Origin: a virus
DNA: 64,000 nt
Virus record (IMG/VR): IMGVR_UViG_3300022848_000777
Coordinates: 32,001 to 96,000 of that record
Strand: one strand, 5' to 3'
Shown here: positions 10,086 through 20,196 of the stretch, piece after piece
How the letters are laid out: each line of letters starts with the position of its first letter
Position numbering within the stretch: the stretch's first letter is position 1
Program-made: the position numbers and the translations under genes
Notes under the pieces: model-generated
What the model was told of the DNA's origin: nothing
Database searches by the model: none
What the model saw: the letters and a program-made list of their open reading frames with translations, nothing else

Positions 10086-10892
10086 ATGGCAATTGATTTA
10101 AACGCAATTCGAAATCGTCTAGACAGTCTACAGACAAAAACTACAAAGAATGATAACCTGTGGAAACCGAAACCAGGAACACAGCAAGTAAGAATAGTAC
10201 CTTACATTCATAATGAATCCAATCCTTTTATTGAATTACTCTTCCACTATGGATTCGGTGGTAAAAATATGCTATCACCACAAACCCACGGTGAGCCTGA
10301 CCCATTATTGGAATTTGCAGAGCAATTGAAGTCGACTGGTGATAAAAATGATTGGAACTTATCTAAAAAACTGACACCAAAATTGAGAACATATGTTCCT
10401 GTTGTAGTACGTGGTGAGGAAAGTGAGGGGGTTAAGTTTTGGGGATTTGGTAAAACAGTGTACCAAGAACTATTATCATTTTTCTCCGATCCAGATTATG
10501 GTGATTTAACCGATCCTATAAATGGTAGGGATATTACAGTGGAGTTCAAAACAGCAAAAGAGTTGGGTAAAACCTATCCAGAGACTTACATTAGAGTCAA
10601 GCCTAAACAAACACCAATTACTTCTGACCAAAACGTTATCCAAATGTTGAAAGATCAGGTTGAATTACCAAAGATGTTTAAGCAGTACACTTATGATGAG
10701 ATGAAATCTAATCTTGAGCAGTGGCTAGAGACTGGTGATGTATCTGATGAAGAAACTGAGGAATCTCCAGTTAGCACATCTACAAATGGAAATTCATCAA
10801 CCGATGTCCCATTTGAAGCCGACACTAAAACGGTTGTAAAATCAACAGCGGGTGTGAATGATGCATTTGATCAACTATTCAATAAGAAATAA
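10086..10892 (+). CDS. Single-stranded DNA-binding protein (gp32-like)
   Basis: LWKPKPG..VRIVPY, GVKFWGFGKTVY, DPINGRDITV, acidic tail ending DAFDQLF. Confidence 0.85.
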   Translation: MAIDLNAIRNRLDSLQTKTTKNDNLWKPKPGTQQVRIVPYIHNESNPFIELLFHYGFGGKNMLSPQTHGEPDPLLEFAEQLKSTGDKNDWNLSKKLTPKLRTYVPVVVRGEESEGVKFWGFGKTVYQELLSFFSDPDYGDLTDPINGRDITVEFKTAKELGKTYPETYIRVKPKQTPITSDQNVIQMLKDQVELPKMFKQYTYDEMKSNLEQWLETGDVSDEETEESPVSTSTNGNSSTDVPFEADTKTVVKSTAGVNDAFDQLFNKK

Positions 10893-10899
10893 ATAAAAT

Positions 10900-12012
10900 A
10901 TGTCAAAAAATAATCGTGATGAATTAGCATCGCTATTAGCTGACAATCTCAATACTAAATTCAAAAAAACAGGGCAGCATGCCTACTTTTTAGACGGTTC
11001 CGAAGAGACACCCACTGATTTAACAGAGTGGGTGTCCACGGGAGATGATATGTTGGATTTAGCGATATCAAATAGACCACATGGTGGTTTTCCCGTTGGT
11101 AGAATTATTGAGATTACAGGCTTAGAAGCGAGTGGAAAATCCCTATTAGCAGCACATACGTTAGCCAACACACAAAAGAAAGGTGGATTGGCAGTGTATA
11201 TTGACACAGAAACTGCTATTAGTGAGGACTTTTTATCAGCAATTGGTGTTGATACAAAAGAAATGTTATACTTGCCGTTAGAAACGGTTGAGGATATATT
11301 CGAAAGTATGGATTCTATAATTGATACTATTAGAAAATCTGATAAAGATAGATTAGTTACAATAGTTGTGGATTCAGTAGCAGCCGCATCTACTAAGGTA
11401 GAGATAGCCGCAGATTACGATCAAGCAGGTTGGGCTACTCAAAAAGCAATTATCATATCTAAAGCTTTACGTAAGATTACCAATGTAATTGGTAGAGAAC
11501 GTATCTTATTAGTGTTTACAAATCAACTTAGAGTTCGGATGGGTGTAACTTTTGGTGACCCGTACACCACATCAGGTGGTAAAGCTCTTGGGTTCCATGC
11601 AAGTTGTAGACTTAGAATGAAGCAAATGGGTAAGATAAATGCCAAAATCGGTGGTAAAGATCAACCAATTGGTATCAAAACTAGAGTACAGGTTTCTAAA
11701 AATCGAATGGGGCCACCTCATAGAACTACAGAATTTGACATATACTTCGACAGAGGTATTGATAAGTATGGTTCTTGGTTGAGTACGATGAAGGCTTATG
11801 AGTTGGTAAATCAGGGTGGTGCTTGGTATACTTGGGTGAGTAAATCCACTGGCGAAGTACATAAATTTCTAAGTAGGGATTTTGAAAAACTAATAGATAG
11901 TGATTCTGAGATTAAAAAAGAAATATACGATGAAATTTGTGAAGCTTATATACTAAGTTATAAACAGCCAGATGTATCAACTATTAAGATAGAAACAACC
12001 GATGAAGAGTAA
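10900..12012 (+). CDS. recA: RecA/UvsX recombinase
   Basis: GRIIEITGLEASGKS Walker A, IVVDSVAA, FTNQLR, TSGGKALGFHAS. Confidence 0.95.
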   Translation: MSKNNRDELASLLADNLNTKFKKTGQHAYFLDGSEETPTDLTEWVSTGDDMLDLAISNRPHGGFPVGRIIEITGLEASGKSLLAAHTLANTQKKGGLAVYIDTETAISEDFLSAIGVDTKEMLYLPLETVEDIFESMDSIIDTIRKSDKDRLVTIVVDSVAAASTKVEIAADYDQAGWATQKAIIISKALRKITNVIGRERILLVFTNQLRVRMGVTFGDPYTTSGGKALGFHASCRLRMKQMGKINAKIGGKDQPIGIKTRVQVSKNRMGPPHRTTEFDIYFDRGIDKYGSWLSTMKAYELVNQGGAWYTWVSKSTGEVHKFLSRDFEKLIDSDSEIKKEIYDEICEAYILSYKQPDVSTIKIETTDEE

Positions 12013-13042
12013 TTATAAGGAAATGCTAAATAACCTATCAGAGACATCGGATGATAAAAATGTTAATGATAGAGTGATGATAGTGGATGGTTTGAATGCA
12101 TTTATCAGAGTGTTCGGTGCAGTACCGACATTAAATGATGATGGACAACACATCGGGGGAATAACAGGTTTTCTGTTATCCCTCGGTGCTCGTATTAGGG
12201 ATTACAACCCAACGAGGGTCGTACTGGTCTTTGATGGTAAGGGTGGTTCGGCAAAACGTAAAAAGATATTTCCGAATTATAAAGCAGGTCGATCTGGTTT
12301 AACTAAACTAAATCGTTTGGCTGGTTATGAGGATTTAGAAGATCAATCTAGATCAATGAAAGTGCAATTTTCAACATTAATTGAATATTTACAGATGTTG
12401 CCAGTTGATGTTTTATACATAGATCACGTTGAGGCTGATGATGTTATTGCATATGCAGCGAATCACATCTTCAAAAAACAAGTTAATATTGTATCATCTG
12501 ATAGGGATTTCTTACAGTTAATCAATAAAAGAATTTCAATTTGGGCACCTACAAAGAAGCGAATGTATACTGAGCAATCACTATTAGATGAATATGGTAT
12601 TAGTTCAACTAATTTCCTACTATATCGTGTAATAGAGGGGGATTCGGGAGATAAGATTCCAGGAGTAAGTGGAATTGGTAAAAAGACCTTACTAAAATAC
12701 TTCCCCGATTTCGCCACTGATAAAGTACTCACTATTGACACTTTAGTTAATGAATTAGATGGACTTGAAAAGCCTAATAAAGCTATACTAAAGATAAGGG
12801 AATCTGTAGAGCAGATGGAGTTGAATGATAGGTTAATGCAATTGAGAGATCCAGACATCGGTGCATCTATAAAATCCAATATTCGGGGGATATTAGAATC
12901 TCCTGTGAATAGATTAAACACATTTCTATTCAAAAAGCAGTTTATGATTGATAAATTATATACTGCATTTAAAAATATTGAATATTGGATCGGTAATACT
13001 TGGACTGATTTAGATAAATATGCTAAAACTACTCATAAGTAA
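12002..13042 (+). CDS. 5'-3' exonuclease / flap endonuclease (T4 RNase H-like)
   Basis: IVDGLN, FDGKGG, YKAGR, EADDVI, SSDRDFLQL, GDSGDKIPGV. Confidence 0.92.
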   Translation: MKSNYKEMLNNLSETSDDKNVNDRVMIVDGLNAFIRVFGAVPTLNDDGQHIGGITGFLLSLGARIRDYNPTRVVLVFDGKGGSAKRKKIFPNYKAGRSGLTKLNRLAGYEDLEDQSRSMKVQFSTLIEYLQMLPVDVLYIDHVEADDVIAYAANHIFKKQVNIVSSDRDFLQLINKRISIWAPTKKRMYTEQSLLDEYGISSTNFLLYRVIEGDSGDKIPGVSGIGKKTLLKYFPDFATDKVLTIDTLVNELDGLEKPNKAILKIRESVEQMELNDRLMQLRDPDIGASIKSNIRGILESPVNRLNTFLFKKQFMIDKLYTAFKNIEYWIGNTWTDLDKYAKTTHK

Positions 13043-13073
13043 TTTGGATTACTGAATAGTTTTTTGTATATTG
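13043..13073 (+). promoter_or_regulatory. Class B promoter TTTGG-N19-TATATTG
   Basis: Motif upstream of helicase. Confidence 0.7.
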
Positions 13074-13109
13074 CTTCTAATATACCTACACTAAATCACA
13101 TGAAAATAT

Positions 13110-14420
13110 ATGGATACATTCGGAAAGAGATTTGGTTCAAGTTTCCAAATAAAAATTCTATCAGCATTATTATCAGATAGGATATTTTTACAGACTATTT
13201 ATGATATTATAAAAGATGATTATTTCGATTCTGATGCAAATCAATGGATTTTAAGTAAAATATTAACCCACTTTGATAAATACAAACAAATACCAACCTT
13301 AGATGTATTTAAAACGGAATCAGATGCACTTAGTTCTGATATTCTAAGACAATCTGTATCAGATAACCTTAGAAATGTATGGGGTGGATTAGAATCCACT
13401 GAGTTAGAATACATAAAAGAGCAATCACTAGAGTTTTGTAAGAATCAGGAAGTTAAAAATGCTATCCTTGAATCGGTAGGTTTGCTTGAGAGTGGTAACT
13501 ACGAAGAAATTCAATCTAAAATAACCGCAGCTATGAAGGCTGGGCAGGATACTGATATCGGGCATGAGTATAATATTAGTATTGATGAACGTTATGCCGA
13601 TAGTGTTAGGAATGTAATTACAACAGGATGGCCTGCAATTGATGAATTAGTAGATGGTGGTTTCGGAAAAGGTGAATTAATTATCTTCGCAGCACCGCCA
13701 GGAATTGGTAAATCATGGGCTCTTATTAATGTGGGTATGGCTGCTGTCAGAGCTGGAAAAACGGTGGTACATTATACTTTAGAGTTAAACGAGGGATATG
13801 TTGGTCAGAGATATGATGCTGTGTTAACTAATATGGCAGTTACTAATTTGAAATATAACATAGATGATGTTAAATCTAGTATTAAAGAATTATCAGGTGA
13901 GCTTATAATAAAATATTGGCCCACAAAATCAGCATCCGTTAATTCCGTAAGGGCATCGGTTGATAAGCTCATATTACAAGGAAAGAAGCCTGATATCATT
14001 ATAGTTGATTATGCAGATTTACTTAAAGGCAATTCGAAGCGAGAGAAGCATGAAGAAATTGAAGAAGTAGTTGAGGAACTTAGAGGTTTGGCAGGGGAGT
14101 ATGAAGTACCATTATATACAGCATCTCAAATAAATCGTTGTCATAATGTAAATGATAACGTGGAAACTCCAACTGGTGATAAAAGGATTGGTGATGTGGA
14201 GATTGGAGACCAAATATTAACACATAAGGGATTTAAGAAAATAACAAATGTATTCCCAATTGAACGACAACCAACCTATCGTATTAAGCTTAAAGATGGT
14301 AGAGAGATAAATGTTTCAGCAGAACATATGATACCAACCCAATACAACAAAATAAAATCCATAGCAGATGGACTTTCAGTAGGTGAGAAATTATTTGTAA
14401 AAAAGAGTGGAAAAAAGTAA
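13110..14420 (+). CDS. Replicative helicase (DnaB/gp41) N-part fused to split-intein N-fragment
   Basis: AAPPGIGKS Walker A, IIVDYADLL, ASQINR followed by Cys-initiated intein sequence. Confidence 0.93.
   Translation: MDTFGKRFGSSFQIKILSALLSDRIFLQTIYDIIKDDYFDSDANQWILSKILTHFDKYKQIPTLDVFKTESDALSSDILRQSVSDNLRNVWGGLESTELEYIKEQSLEFCKNQEVKNAILESVGLLESGNYEEIQSKITAAMKAGQDTDIGHEYNISIDERYADSVRNVITTGWPAIDELVDGGFGKGELIIFAAPPGIGKSWALINVGMAAVRAGKTVVHYTLELNEGYVGQRYDAVLTNMAVTNLKYNIDDVKSSIKELSGELIIKYWPTKSASVNSVRASVDKLILQGKKPDIIIVDYADLLKGNSKREKHEEIEEVVEELRGLAGEYEVPLYTASQINRCHNVNDNVETPTGDKRIGDVEIGDQILTHKGFKKITNVFPIERQPTYRIKLKDGREINVSAEHMIPTQYNKIKSIADGLSVGEKLFVKKSGKK
14139..14417 (+). mobile_element. Split intein N-fragment (93 aa)
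   Basis: CHNVNDNVETPTG (block A)...YRIKLKDGREINVSAEH (block B). Confidence 0.92.
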
Positions 14421-14439
14421 GGTTTTGCCATGCAGTTAT

Positions 14440-14448
14440 ATACTTATA
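14440..14448 (+). promoter_or_regulatory. Putative late promoter ATACTTATA upstream of endonuclease
   Basis: Recurrent motif. Confidence 0.55.
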
Positions 14449-14463
14449 TAAAAAGGATATAAT

Positions 14464-15555
14464 ATGGCATCAGTAAAGCAAGCTTGGATAACTAGATACG
14501 GAGAAGGGGAAGGTCTTCGTATGTGGGAAATACAAAAAAAGAAATATGGTAAAACACATGATGAATTGAGAACGAAACACGGTAATGATTACGTTGAATC
14601 GTTAGCAAAGAAGAAAAATACATTTTCATTAAAAGGGTGTATTGCCAAATATGGAAAAGTTGATGGTGCTGTTAAGTGGAATGATAGATTAAAAACCAAG
14701 TTAAAAACACAATCTGTTAATTTTAAAAACAAAAAATGGAATAATGGTAGAACCTTAGAATCATATCAACTTAGATACGGGGTAGCGGATGGTTACAGTA
14801 GGTGGGATAAACGGAATAAGCATCAATCCTATATGGCATCAACTCAACGTTATTTGGATGAATTTGGTGAAGATGGGTATGATATAATAAGAAAGATAAA
14901 AGATAACACATCTTTAGAGGCGTATCAAATTCAATACGGTGATGTAGATGGTTTAGTTCATTATAATAAGCACGTTGAACTGATGAAGAACGCATCAAAG
15001 AGGTGTATTGATTATTGGTTAACGTACCATAATGGTGATATTGAGTTAGCAACGCAATCGTTATCAGAGTATCAGAATAATACATCGTTATCATCATTTA
15101 CAAAACGATATGGTAAAGAAGTTGGGTTAGTTAAATATTTAAAATGGGTTGAGGCGGTAACAAAGTATGGATATAAAAGTTATAGTAAGATATCACAGAC
15201 ATTCTGTTGGAATTTGTATGATTCGCTAAATTTATCAATAAATGATACACAATTTTATGAATTAAATAATGAACAATCATTCTACTTTGGTAATAAGTTG
15301 ATTAAGGTTGATTTTAAGTATAAACAAAAGATTATAGAATTCAATGGTGATTATTGGCATGCAAATCCTAATCTGTATAGTGAATCTGATATGATAAAGG
15401 AATATACCGCTAGTGAAATATGGCATCGTGATTCCAATAGAATTGATTTATTAGAAAAAGCTGGTTATGATGTCTTAGTTGTATGGGAATCGGAGTATAA
15501 TGCGAATGGGAGTGATATCATAAACAAATGTAAAAAGTTTTTAGAAAATGAATAA
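14464..15555 (+). CDS. Free-standing homing endonuclease, Vsr/DUF559-like PD-(D/E)XK, with YG-x-x-(D/E)G repeats
   Basis: C-terminal KVDF...IIEFNGDYWH...D..R...GYDVLVVWE; inserted between helicase halves. Confidence 0.85.
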   Translation: MASVKQAWITRYGEGEGLRMWEIQKKKYGKTHDELRTKHGNDYVESLAKKKNTFSLKGCIAKYGKVDGAVKWNDRLKTKLKTQSVNFKNKKWNNGRTLESYQLRYGVADGYSRWDKRNKHQSYMASTQRYLDEFGEDGYDIIRKIKDNTSLEAYQIQYGDVDGLVHYNKHVELMKNASKRCIDYWLTYHNGDIELATQSLSEYQNNTSLSSFTKRYGKEVGLVKYLKWVEAVTKYGYKSYSKISQTFCWNLYDSLNLSINDTQFYELNNEQSFYFGNKLIKVDFKYKQKIIEFNGDYWHANPNLYSESDMIKEYTASEIWHRDSNRIDLLEKAGYDVLVVWESEYNANGSDIINKCKKFLENE

Positions 15556-15688
15556 ACATAATTTAAATCCAGATGATTTTGATTTGGTCGAAATTGAGAG
15601 TATTGAGCTAATCGGCGATTCAGATACTATTGATATTACCGTAGAGGATACACATATGTTCTTCGCTAATGGGGTATATAGTCATAAT
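15548..15688 (+). mobile_element. Split intein C-fragment (47 aa)
   Basis: Blocks F/G ending His-Asn; Ser+1 at 15689. Confidence 0.92.
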
Positions 15689-16018
15689 TCAGGCGCAGAT
15701 GATGATATTATTACAGGTACCAAAATAGCAGGTTCATTCTCAAAACTTATGACTGCTGATTTTGTAGTTTCACTGAGTAGAAAAATTGAAGATAAGTTAG
15801 CAGGTACGGGTCGATGGCATGTTATAAAGAACCGTTTCGGGCCCGATGGTACTACATTACCATCCAAAGCTAATATGTCCAGCGGTAAAATAGAGATATT
15901 TTCAGATAATTCAGTTGATGGTCAAAATACAAAAAAAGATATGAAAGAGGGGGAGACTTTTGTTAGACAGAATTTATTTCAAAAGTATAAAGAAATTAAC
16001 AACAAAGTTAACTTTTAA
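15548..16018 (+). CDS. Split-intein C-fragment fused to helicase C-part
   Basis: DTIDITVEDTHMFFANGVYSHN|SGADDD, then ADFVVSL and KNRFG arginine-finger motif. Confidence 0.93.
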   Translation: MNKHNLNPDDFDLVEIESIELIGDSDTIDITVEDTHMFFANGVYSHNSGADDDIITGTKIAGSFSKLMTADFVVSLSRKIEDKLAGTGRWHVIKNRFGPDGTTLPSKANMSSGKIEIFSDNSVDGQNTKKDMKEGETFVRQNLFQKYKEINNKVNF

Positions 16019-16062
16019 TACTTTGAGATGATATTTATTAACACACAATTAAAAGGAAATTT

Positions 16063-18702
16063 ATGAATAACGATAAGATAGATATAGAATCTACACAACC
16101 ACCATTAGAGTATTTTAAGGGTGATGATTTAGCCGCAAATGTATGGTTAGATAAATATGCAGCTGATGGTGAAATAAATCCAGATGCGATGCATAAGAGA
16201 ATGGCCGCTGAGTTCTTTAGGGTTGATGAAATCCATGAGAAATTAGAACGACATCTGGATGTCAGAAGATCTAAGGACTTATCATTATACGGTAGATCAC
16301 GAAATGAATTAACTTTTAATAGTATATATGGTCTTTTTAAAGATTTTAAATACATAGTACCGCAGGGTTCAATTATGGCTACGTTAGGCACCCCTATAAT
16401 TGCTAGTCTTTCTAATTGTTGGGTAACTGAAAGTCCGTATGATTCATATGGTGGTATTTTAAAAACAGATTCAGACCTTGCTTATTACTATAAACGAAGG
16501 GGTGGTGTCGGTGTTGATATTTCAAACCTAAGACCTGAGGGAACACTAACAAAAAATACGGCAAAAGCAACTACAGGTGCAGTTTCATTTATGCATAGAT
16601 TTTCATCAACAACTAGAGAAGTTGCAATGGAAGGTAGGCGTGGTGCATTAATGTTATCAATCTCTATTAACCATCCTGATGTGATGGAGTTTATCAAAAT
16701 TAAGAGAGATGGAACATCCGTAACAGGGGCTAACATTTCAATTAGACTTAATGATAAGTTTATGAAATCGGTTGAGAATGATGAAGATTATATCTTACAA
16801 TTCCCGTGTGATGGTCAGCTAGATTTAGCTACACCAATCGAAACATTAGAGTATGGTAAATTAACTACAATTGATTATGGTGAAGTTGAAGGTGAGGATG
16901 GTGATAATTATTCCTTTAAAGGGTATGTTAAAAGAATAAAAGCAAAAGAATATTGGAATGAGATTATAAATTCAGCAAAGAATCATGCTGAGCCAGGCCT
17001 TATGTATTGGGATACTGTTATCAATAACGATCCAGCAGCGGTATACCCACAATTTACACCAAAGAGCTCAAATCCATGCGGGGAGCAATTCTTAAATCCA
17101 TATGATTCATGTAGGTTGATGGCACTAAATTTACTCAGTTTTGTAAATAAACCATACACCGATGGGGCTGAAATTGATTTTGACAAACTATATGAAGTAT
17201 GTTATGAACATACACGACTTGGTGATGGTCTTGTTGATTTGGAATTAGAATATATACTACGAATTATAGAAAAAATAAAATCTGATCCTGAGCCCGATTA
17301 TATTAAACGTGATGAAATGGAACTTTGGGAAAAATCATACAATAATACTAAAGCAGGTAGGCGAGTTGGATTGGGAATTACCGCATTAGCAGATATGATC
17401 GCAAGTCTAAATTTAGCATATGATTCAGATGATGGTATTGCTATTATCGATAAAGTAATGGCGGCTAAAATGAGAGCAGAACTCGATTGTTCAATTGACC
17501 TTTCAATATTAAGAGAGCCATTTGAAGGGTGGGATAATGAAATGGAATTTCCAACAATAGATGGTGTTATAGTTCCAGGAAATAAGTTTTATAATACTTT
17601 ACTTAATGAATTCCCAGAGCAGGTAGCTAGAATGCAGTTATTTGGACGTAGAAATGTGTCTTGGTCTACAATAGCACCGACAGGAACGGTTAGTTTAATG
17701 ACACAGACCAGTTCGGGATGTGAACCTCTATTTCAACCATATTACATGAGACGTAAGAAGATTAACCCAAGCCAAAAGGGTGTTAGGGTTGATTTTGTAG
17801 ATGATATAGGTGATAGTTGGCAAGAATTTGCGGTGATACATGAACAATTTAGAAAGTGGATTAGAACCTCACATTTCTTCTATGATGATGATGATTTCAA
17901 TAATACTATTAATAAAAAAGGGGTATTAGAGGATTATTTCAAAGCATCCCCTTGGTTTAAATCTACAGCTAATGATATTGATTGGAATAAACGAAATCAA
18001 ATCCAATCAGTTTTACAGAAATACACTACAAACGCAATTTCATCTACTATCAATTTACCCTCAACTGTAACTGAGAGTGAAGTATCTGATATATATTTAT
18101 CTGGCTGGAAATACGGATTGAAAGGACAAACTGTTTATGTGGATGGATCTAGATCTGGCGTTCTCGTATCTAATGATGAGAAGAACCCAAATGGAGTTTT
18201 TAAACAAATGGATGCAATAAAACGGCCTACATCGTTAATGTGTGATGTTCATACAACGACATCTGCTGGAAAGAAATATAATGTGTTTATTGGATTATTA
18301 GATGGTAAGCCATATGAAACATTTATAACATCATTCATCACAACTGAAAATCAACTTGAGTTGAAAAAAATCAAACGAGGTCGTTATGATTTATTAAAAG
18401 ATGATGTTCTAATCTATGAAAGTATTACAATGGATATGACTGATGAGCAAGAAGCAATCACACGATTGGTCAGTACAAATCTAAGACATGGTGTTGATAT
18501 TAAATTTATAGTAGAACAGTTAAATAAAACATCTTCGGAAAATATGTTTACATTTATCAAATCACTATCTCGTGTTTTGAAGAAATATATTCCTGATGGT
18601 TCTAAATCAACTGTAACTTGCAATGATTGTGGATCTGATAATGTTATATTTGAGGAAGGTTGTAATAAGTGCCTTGACTGCGGTTCAAGTAAATGCGGTT
18701 AA
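16063..18702 (+). CDS. nrdJ: Class II (adenosylcobalamin) ribonucleotide reductase
   Basis: SLSNC, RRGALM, NPCGEQ, IAPTGTVS, AISSTIN, C-terminal CxxC..EEGCxxCxxCG; no beta subunit nearby. Confidence 0.9.
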   Translation: MNNDKIDIESTQPPLEYFKGDDLAANVWLDKYAADGEINPDAMHKRMAAEFFRVDEIHEKLERHLDVRRSKDLSLYGRSRNELTFNSIYGLFKDFKYIVPQGSIMATLGTPIIASLSNCWVTESPYDSYGGILKTDSDLAYYYKRRGGVGVDISNLRPEGTLTKNTAKATTGAVSFMHRFSSTTREVAMEGRRGALMLSISINHPDVMEFIKIKRDGTSVTGANISIRLNDKFMKSVENDEDYILQFPCDGQLDLATPIETLEYGKLTTIDYGEVEGEDGDNYSFKGYVKRIKAKEYWNEIINSAKNHAEPGLMYWDTVINNDPAAVYPQFTPKSSNPCGEQFLNPYDSCRLMALNLLSFVNKPYTDGAEIDFDKLYEVCYEHTRLGDGLVDLELEYILRIIEKIKSDPEPDYIKRDEMELWEKSYNNTKAGRRVGLGITALADMIASLNLAYDSDDGIAIIDKVMAAKMRAELDCSIDLSILREPFEGWDNEMEFPTIDGVIVPGNKFYNTLLNEFPEQVARMQLFGRRNVSWSTIAPTGTVSLMTQTSSGCEPLFQPYYMRRKKINPSQKGVRVDFVDDIGDSWQEFAVIHEQFRKWIRTSHFFYDDDDFNNTINKKGVLEDYFKASPWFKSTANDIDWNKRNQIQSVLQKYTTNAISSTINLPSTVTESEVSDIYLSGWKYGLKGQTVYVDGSRSGVLVSNDEKNPNGVFKQMDAIKRPTSLMCDVHTTTSAGKKYNVFIGLLDGKPYETFITSFITTENQLELKKIKRGRYDLLKDDVLIYESITMDMTDEQEAITRLVSTNLRHGVDIKFIVEQLNKTSSENMFTFIKSLSRVLKKYIPDGSKSTVTCNDCGSDNVIFEEGCNKCLDCGSSKCG

Positions 18703-18720
18703 TTTTAAATAAAAAAAGTT

Positions 18721-19149
18721 ATGAATGTAAATATAAAGTTATTAAATTCAGATGCAGTATTACCGACTTATGCAAAATTCGGTGATGCTGGTATGGATAT
18801 GTACGCAACCCATATTATAAAATGGGATAATAATCAAATAACATACGGTACTGGTGTGGCAATGGAAATCCCATCTGGATTCGTTGGTTTGATTTTTCCG
18901 AGATCATCAATACGTAAGATGGATTTACAATTGAGTAATTCAGTTGGTGTTATTGATAGTGGGTATCGTGGTGAAATTCAAGCCACTTTTAACAGAACTT
19001 CGACTGCGTTAGGCACTAATATATATGATATTGGTGATAGGGTAATGCAAATAATTATAGTACCCTATCCGCAAATTGAATTTAACTTAGTAGATGATTT
19101 ATCAAAAACCGAACGTGGATCTGATGGATTTGGTTCAACAGGGGATTAA
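18721..19149 (+). CDS. dut: dUTPase
   Basis: DAGMD, PRSS, GVIDSGYRGEI, RGSDGFGSTG. Confidence 0.96.
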   Translation: MNVNIKLLNSDAVLPTYAKFGDAGMDMYATHIIKWDNNQITYGTGVAMEIPSGFVGLIFPRSSIRKMDLQLSNSVGVIDSGYRGEIQATFNRTSTALGTNIYDIGDRVMQIIIVPYPQIEFNLVDDLSKTERGSDGFGSTGD

Positions 19150-19151
19150 GA

Positions 19152-19355
19152 ATGGCACTTCGTGGAGAGCAGCATCCTCAACATAAACTAACGGCAAAGC
19201 AAGTAATATCCATTAGAAAGTTGTGGAGAATTGGACATAGGAATCTCAAAGTAATTGCTAGAAACAACGGAGTTACTACTTCTAATATCCGTAGGATTGT
19301 TAGAAACGAGACATGGGTTCATTTGACATTTGGGAAATTTGATGATTATCAATAA
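19152..19355 (+). CDS. Small HTH protein (HNH-associated C-terminal DNA-binding type)
   Basis: RGEQHPQHKLT..QV..IR...IARNNGV...I..IV..ETW. Confidence 0.7.
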   Translation: MALRGEQHPQHKLTAKQVISIRKLWRIGHRNLKVIARNNGVTTSNIRRIVRNETWVHLTFGKFDDYQ

Positions 19356-20152
19356 TGAAAGAAAATAAATTATATGTTGATATTAGCAGGGTGCATATTG
19401 CACCTATTGCTAAATCAATAGCTAAGAGTATTATCATAAAAAAACATTACAGCCACTCATGGACTGCTTGTAGGTATTCATTGGGAATTTATTATAAAAC
19501 AGAAGATGACTCACAATTCGGTGATAGTAAGTTAATTGGGTGTCTTATATATGGATTTCCAGTGGGTTCCAGGGCAGCCACATCTATTTGTGATGGATTG
19601 ACAAAGGATAACGCATTGGAGTTGACCAGATTGTATATAGATGATGGTTACGGTTCTAATATAGAATCATATGCAATGGGTCAGAGTTTTAAATGGTTAA
19701 AAGAACATGATAAGAATATCAAACTACTTTTATCATATGCAGATACGGAGCAAAATCACTTAGGTTCAATCTATCAAGCTACTAATTGGGTATATCAAGG
19801 TACTAATGATATGATAGCACTCATGCCAACTTATGGAATATCATTATCAAACGATCCTTATAATTGGATTCATAGTAGAACTGTATATTCACTTTGGGGT
19901 TCTAGTAACGTAGAACATTTGAAAAAAGAAATTGGTAAACAAGGTCATACCGTATTCTGGAGAAAAATGGAATCACCAAAACATCGGTACATCCAACTGA
20001 TATCACAGAATAAAAAAGAAAAGCGTGAATTGATGAAAAAGTTGAAACATAAAATTTATCCATATCCGAAAAACGCAAGTGATTTTAATAAAGAAATAAC
20101 AACACATACGACATACGAACCTGATTCGGATTTAGAAACTAAATTTTGGTAA
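19355..20152 (+). CDS. Mom-like DNA-modifying GNAT acetyltransferase
   Basis: KHYSH, LELTRLY, NIES, LLSYAD..QNHLG.IYQATNWVYQG, KHRY. Confidence 0.8.
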   Translation: MKENKLYVDISRVHIAPIAKSIAKSIIIKKHYSHSWTACRYSLGIYYKTEDDSQFGDSKLIGCLIYGFPVGSRAATSICDGLTKDNALELTRLYIDDGYGSNIESYAMGQSFKWLKEHDKNIKLLLSYADTEQNHLGSIYQATNWVYQGTNDMIALMPTYGISLSNDPYNWIHSRTVYSLWGSSNVEHLKKEIGKQGHTVFWRKMESPKHRYIQLISQNKKEKRELMKKLKHKIYPYPKNASDFNKEITTHTTYEPDSDLETKFW

Positions 20153-20175
20153 TCTCATAAATAATTCGTATATTG
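20145..20175 (+). promoter_or_regulatory. Class B promoter TTTGG-N19-TATATTG
   Basis: Motif upstream of PolB. Confidence 0.75.
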
Positions 20176-20196
20176 TATAAAATAAGCAAATTGTAA

